DNA of 21,309 nucleotides from Promethearchaeota archaeon (GTDB taxonomy: Archaea > Asgardarchaeota > Lokiarchaeia > Sigyniarchaeales > SOKP01). Both the position numbers and the translations under genes were made by a program. Shown here in pieces: positions 17,180-21,309 of the stretch. Location: assembly GCA_019894975.1 (NCBI GenBank), contig JAGXNO010000050.1:1-21309 (forward strand), read 5' to 3'. Position 1 is the stretch's first letter. Each line of letters begins with the position of its first letter. The notes under the pieces were generated by a model. The model did no database searches, had not been told where the DNA came from, and worked only from the letters and a program-made list of their open reading frames with translations.

Positions 17180-18679
17180 CTAAATAATACCCTCCCATGC
17201 TACTCTTTCATTTCCATAGGGATCTTGTTCGATTGTCACTTCCTTATCAAAAAGTATTGTAGCTCTATTTTCTTTATCATAGGGAGGTAATTCTGGAATA
17301 TTTTCATGATTTGGGTTACCTGAACGAGCAAATGCAATCCAAGTATCCATCATTTGTTCTGATAATCTCTGAGTTTCTTCAGTTCTGCCTGGAAAAAATC
17401 CAATATCTCTGTCCCCAAAAAGACCGAATACAAAAGGAAGTTCAAGAGCATGCATTGCACCAAATTTTCCCCCACCCAAAGGACTCTGCCAAGTGAAAAG
17501 ATACATGTAAATATTCTTTTGATGTTTGGATTGTTCTTCAGCAAGACGAATAGAAGGTATCCGAAACGTAAAATCTGTTAATATTGCATCCGTGATATTT
17601 CTTGGTGTTTTTCTTAATTCTCGATACCTATCTATTATCTCTTTAGCTTTACTTTCTTTCTGCTTTGTAAATCTCATAAATGTATTTACTGTTTTATGTA
17701 ATCTTTCCTCTGAAAGCTCGAAAGCCTTTGGATTCCACATTAAAAACATTTTGTTTTCATCCAAATTTGATCCGATGAATACATCAATATCTTTAGCATC
17801 ACCTTTAGATATGGCTTCTAGTGGGTGAACTGGTAAAGTACTTTTTTCTATAACTGGTCCCACTCTTAATCCACTTGCTCGGAATTCTGTCATATCCATC
17901 TGTGGTACAATAAAATTTTCAGCTGGAGATTTCCGTAATGCTTCTATATTTCCTTTTTCAACACCCAATTTTTGAATCAATTCTTCATAAACTTTAATCG
18001 CAGAAACAGGATTATAACTGAATTTATTTGCGGCTCCAGATTGGGGGATTGCTCTATGAAACAATCCCTTCGCTGAAGGCGTAGCAAGTAAGGTAGAAAC
18101 AGCCATACCACCAGCGGATTCCCCAAAAATAGTGACATTATTAGGATCTCCTCCAAACTTTTGGATATTCTCTTTTACCCATTCAAGTGCTGCAACCATA
18201 TCAAGTATTCCCGCATTAGCAGTCGTATCAGGCATATCTGGCATATATAAAAAACCAAGATATCCAAGACGATAATTAATGCTAACTACAACCACGTCCC
18301 CCCTAAAAACTAGCCGCGTTCCATCTAAGGAAGCACCACTTCCTGTAGTAAATCCACCCCCATGAATCCAAAACATAACTGGCCTCTTACCAATATCTAA
18401 TCCTTGCGTCCATATATTTAAAGTTAAACATTCAGCTTCACTCTGAGGCATAGGTTCTCCAAATTGTGCTTCGAGGAGTGAAGGAGGCTGAATTGAAACA
18501 GGACTATAATTTGTTGCATCAAGTACATCACTCCAAGGCTCAACAGGAGCTGGAGGTTTGAAACGAAGATTTCCTTTAGGTGGGGCAGCATAAGGAATAC
18601 CCTTAAATTTGAACACACCTCTTCGACTATATCCCCTTACTATACCATTTGTTGTTTCTACTATAACATCTTCTCCCAT
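17180..18679 (-). CDS. Type-B carboxylesterase (PnbA/COesterase family), copy 2
   Basis: FKGIPYAAPP.GNLRF, ECLTLNIW, WIHGGGF, NYRLG, FGESAGG (Ser), GSNLDE (Glu), MHALEL (His). Start ATG 18679 or 18688. Confidence 0.94.
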   Translation of the reverse strand: MGEDVIVETTNGIVRGYSRRGVFKFKGIPYAAPPKGNLRFKPPAPVEPWSDVLDATNYSPVSIQPPSLLEAQFGEPMPQSEAECLTLNIWTQGLDIGKRPVMFWIHGGGFTTGSGASLDGTRLVFRGDVVVVSINYRLGYLGFLYMPDMPDTTANAGILDMVAALEWVKENIQKFGGDPNNVTIFGESAGGMAVSTLLATPSAKGLFHRAIPQSGAANKFSYNPVSAIKVYEELIQKLGVEKGNIEALRKSPAENFIVPQMDMTEFRASGLRVGPVIEKSTLPVHPLEAISKGDAKDIDVFIGSNLDENKMFLMWNPKAFELSEERLHKTVNTFMRFTKQKESKAKEIIDRYRELRKTPRNITDAILTDFTFRIPSIRLAEEQSKHQKNIYMYLFTWQSPLGGGKFGAMHALELPFVFGLFGDRDIGFFPGRTEETQRLSEQMMDTWIAFARSGNPNHENIPELPPYDKENRATILFDKEVTIEQDPYGNERVAWEGII

Positions 18680-18751
18680 TTTTATCATCTTCCATAATAG
18701 ATTTTTAAATAAAATAAAACATTTTTTTAATAAATATTTAAATTAAATATT

Positions 18752-20251
18752 CTATAAAATACCTTCCCAAGAAATCCTTTCATTTCCAAAAGGATCTTGC
18801 TGAATCGAAACCTCCTTATCAAAAATAATAGTTGCTCTTTTTTCTTGATCATAAGGAGGTAATTCTGGAATATTTTTATGATTAGGATTCCCAGAACGCG
18901 CAAAATTAATCCAAGCATCCATCATTTTTTCCGATAATTCTAAAGTTTCTTTAGTTTTACGGGGAAATATACCAACATCTCGATCAAGAAGAATTCCGAA
19001 TACAAATGAAAGCTCAAGAGCATGCATTGCCCCGTATTTCCCTCCCTCCCAGGGAGTTTTCCAAGAAAATAAGTACATATAAGTATTCTTATTGTGTTGA
19101 GATTGTGCTTCAGCAAGACGAATGGAAGGAATACGAAATTGATAATCAGTATTTATTGCATCAAAGATATCCTTTGGAGTTTTTCTTAGATTTTTATAAA
19201 CCTCAATGAGTTCTTTAGATTTTATTTCATTTTGATTTACTAATCGCATTATACCATTAACTCTTCTCTCTAATCTTTCTTCAGTAAAATCGTCTTCCCC
19301 CGAGACCCAAACAGACCAAAGTTTAGTCTCGTCAAAATTAGAGCCTACAAATAAATCTATATCCTTGGCAAAACCGTTTTTAACAGCTTCATAAGGATTT
19401 TCGGGTAAAGTATCTTCATCAATCGTTGGAGTAAAACTTAATACATCCTGTCCAGCATTCTCGAAACTGGCTAATTTCTCAATAATCTTTTCATAAGGAA
19501 GTTTCCTTAAAGATTCTATATCTCCTCTTTCAATTCTTAACCTTTCAGTTAAAGTCTCATAGATTTTTATCCCAGTTGAAGGTTGGCAACTAAAATTGGT
19601 TACATAACCAGATTGAACAATAGCTCTTTTAAACAATCCTTTTGCAGACGGCGTAGCAAGTAGACTATGTACCGCAAAAGCTCCCGCAGATTCACCAAAA
19701 ATTGTTATTTCTTCAGGATTTCCTCCAAAACGGTTTATGTTTTCTCTTACCCATTTGAGTGCTTCAACCATATCAAGTAGCCCTATATTCGCAGATGTAT
19801 CCGGTACATCAGGCATATACAAAAATCCAAAAGGACCAAGTCGGTAATTAATACTTACAACCACTACATCTCCCCTTAAAACTAAACGTGAACCATCCAA
19901 AGCTCGTCCACTGCCAGTTCGAAATGCACCTCCATGAATAAAAAACATTACTGGACGTTTCTCATCATTGAGTTTTTGTGTCCATATGTTCAATGTTAAT
20001 GAGTCAGCTTCGTTCTGAGGAAATGGGTCTGAAAACATTTCTTCTAGTGCAGATGGAGGTTGAGGACAAACTGGACTATACATTGTTGCATCACGGATAT
20101 CATCCCAAGGTTTAATCGAGACTGGTGGTTTGAAACGTAAATTCCCTATAGGTGGTTCCGCATAAGGAATTCCCTTAAATTTTGTAACACTTCTGTTTGA
20201 ATATCCTCTCACACTGCCTGATGATGTTTTTACTATATCATTCTCTTCCAT
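18752..20251 (-). CDS. Type-B carboxylesterase (PnbA/COesterase family), copy 1
   Basis: FKGIPYAEPP.GNLRF, FIHGGAF, NYRLG, FGESAGA, GSNFDE, MHALEL. Start ATG 20251 (GTGAT SD) or GTG 20260. Confidence 0.94.
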   Translation of the reverse strand: MEENDIVKTSSGSVRGYSNRSVTKFKGIPYAEPPIGNLRFKPPVSIKPWDDIRDATMYSPVCPQPPSALEEMFSDPFPQNEADSLTLNIWTQKLNDEKRPVMFFIHGGAFRTGSGRALDGSRLVLRGDVVVVSINYRLGPFGFLYMPDVPDTSANIGLLDMVEALKWVRENINRFGGNPEEITIFGESAGAFAVHSLLATPSAKGLFKRAIVQSGYVTNFSCQPSTGIKIYETLTERLRIERGDIESLRKLPYEKIIEKLASFENAGQDVLSFTPTIDEDTLPENPYEAVKNGFAKDIDLFVGSNFDETKLWSVWVSGEDDFTEERLERRVNGIMRLVNQNEIKSKELIEVYKNLRKTPKDIFDAINTDYQFRIPSIRLAEAQSQHNKNTYMYLFSWKTPWEGGKYGAMHALELSFVFGILLDRDVGIFPRKTKETLELSEKMMDAWINFARSGNPNHKNIPELPPYDQEKRATIIFDKEVSIQQDPFGNERISWEGIL

Positions 20252-20265
20252 TATAATCACATTTT

Positions 20266-20829
20266 CTATTTTTTTTGTTTTGGTTTAAATATAATTGATG
20301 GTCCAAACTTTTCATGATATTGAAATCCTTCAGCTTCAATATTTTTACCATATTTTTTGTGTAATTTATCCATGGGCCCTACATCCAAAGCATACATAGG
20401 ACAAGATTCAACACAAATTGCTTGCTTATCATCGTCTAATCTTTCTACACATAGTTGGCATTTTCTCATTTTTGCATTTTCAGTTGAATTGAATTGAGGG
20501 GCATCCCAAGGACACACTTTTAAGCATTTTGATCCACATTCAGTCTTGCCCAAACATACATTTTGATCCACTATAACAATCCCATCTATTTCTCTTTTGG
20601 TTATAGCATTTACAGGGCAACCTTTAATACACGGAGGATCAGCACAATGATTACACGCTATAGCAAGGTAAGAAAGAGATAAGTTTGGGAACTTTCCTTT
20701 TTCAATTGGAATTATACGCATCCAATTTTCTGGTCCTGCTTCAATATTATACCAGTCCTTACAGGAAACCGAACATGTATAACAACCAGTACATCTTGTT
20801 TGATCGAAATAAAAACCCATTTGTTTCAT
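20266..20829 (-). CDS. dmsB: 4x[4Fe-4S] electron-transfer subunit (DmsB-like)
   Basis: MKQMGFYFDQTRCTGCYTCSVSCKD, CNHCADPPCIKGC, CLGKTECGSKCLKVC, CQLC...CVESC. Start re-called at ATG 20829, an ATGA overlap with the upstream stop. Confidence 0.92.
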   Translation of the reverse strand: MKQMGFYFDQTRCTGCYTCSVSCKDWYNIEAGPENWMRIIPIEKGKFPNLSLSYLAIACNHCADPPCIKGCPVNAITKREIDGIVIVDQNVCLGKTECGSKCLKVCPWDAPQFNSTENAKMRKCQLCVERLDDDKQAICVESCPMYALDVGPMDKLHKKYGKNIEAEGFQYHEKFGPSIIFKPKQKK

Positions 20830-21308
20830 GATAAGTCCCCCGAATTCTTTTTTGAAAATAGTTCTACTTGAACAAGTGCACTGTTCATCGGAAAAGCACC
20901 TCCAGGAGAACGCGAATCTTTTGTTAGAACATTCCCACATCCTCCAATATCAACACCGTCTTTATTTGGATTATACCATGCACCTTGATAAACTACCACA
21001 ACTCCAGGAATCACACGTTCTGTAACATTAGCGGGGATACGAACTTTACCCCTATCGTTGAACGTGTCGACTAGATCTCCTTGCTCAATCCCTCTTGGTT
21101 CAGCATCTATAGGATTTATCCATACCATATGTGGTTCTACTTCTTCTAACCATGGGATCATACTAATACTTGAATGAGTTCTTCTTTTATTATGGGGTGT
21201 CAGTAGCTGTAATGGATACTTTTTCGCTAAAGGGGCATCATAATGCTCTTCATGACTTAGATATTTAGGAATTGGTGGCATATTTGGGATACCTAGCTCA
21301 TCCATGTG
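20826..21308 (-). CDS. dmsA: DmsA/YnfE-like molybdopterin oxidoreductase catalytic subunit, C-terminal domain (5'-truncated by window edge)
   Basis: 'YPLQLLTPH..RRTHS', 'VWINPIDAEPRGI', 'FNDRG', 'VTERVIPGVV', 'QGAWY.P...GVDIGGCGNVLT', 'NSALVQVE'. Frame is open to the window edge. Confidence 0.88.
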   Translation of the reverse strand, partial: HMDELGIPNMPPIPKYLSHEEHYDAPLAKKYPLQLLTPHNKRRTHSSISMIPWLEEVEPHMVWINPIDAEPRGIEQGDLVDTFNDRGKVRIPANVTERVIPGVVVVYQGAWYNPNKDGVDIGGCGNVLTKDSRSPGGAFPMNSALVQVELFSKKNSGDLS

Positions 21309-21309
21309 C

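Noticed and set aside
20830-20940. Cys-containing N-terminal extension of the right DmsB-like ORF
   Set aside because: Alternative-frame read of the catalytic subunit's 3' end; the ATGA overlap at 20826-20829 gives the typical DmsB start.
977-21025. Short antisense or alternative-frame ORFs in the track (e.g. 977-1174, 1089-1415, 1780-1989, 6698-7005, 7652-7981, 8480-8872, 11135-11443, 11803-12012, 12828-13016, 13970-14752, 16933-17828, 18424-19209, 20828-21025)
   Set aside because: They overlap confident genes or low-complexity spacers and show no recognisable motifs; treated as shadow ORFs.
1-21309. CRISPR arrays, tRNA/rRNA, IS elements, or inverted-repeat ends explaining the symmetric flanking operons
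   Set aside because: No regular repeats, GC-rich structured RNA or transposase motifs seen. The two flanking operons are divergent paralogues, not DNA-level repeats.

Overview
AT-rich prokaryotic window, most likely archaeal. Evidence: (A/G)GTGA(T)-type Shine-Dalgarno sites, a BRE/TATA-like promoter, oligo-T tracts instead of hairpin terminators, and thiolases with the archaeal 'RTxFSRSR..P.RDV' N-terminus. An Asgard/Lokiarchaeia-type source is my inference only. The window is a lipid/acyl-CoA/ester catabolism island bracketed by two inward-pointing DMSO-reductase-family molybdoenzyme operons; each has a partial catalytic subunit and a DmsB-like Fe-S subunit, with no membrane anchor downstream. 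Inside are three thiolase paralogues, two crotonase-family proteins, an MFE-2-like SDR followed by two tandem (R)-specific hydratase-2/MaoC genes, a 20-Cys wHTH/Fe-S protein, a CMD/AhpD-like protein, an MFS transporter, a beta-lactamase-fold serine hydrolase, a SAM methyltransferase and two tandem type-B carboxylesterases. The most striking observation is the full-length thiolase paralogue at 3321-4652, in which three catalytic residues are replaced (Cys->Asp, His->Asn, Cys->Ser). It lies 40 bp upstream of its closest, catalytically intact sister, suggesting a thiolase/pseudo-thiolase heteromer or new chemistry on the thiolase fold. I saw no RNA genes, CRISPR arrays or mobile elements.
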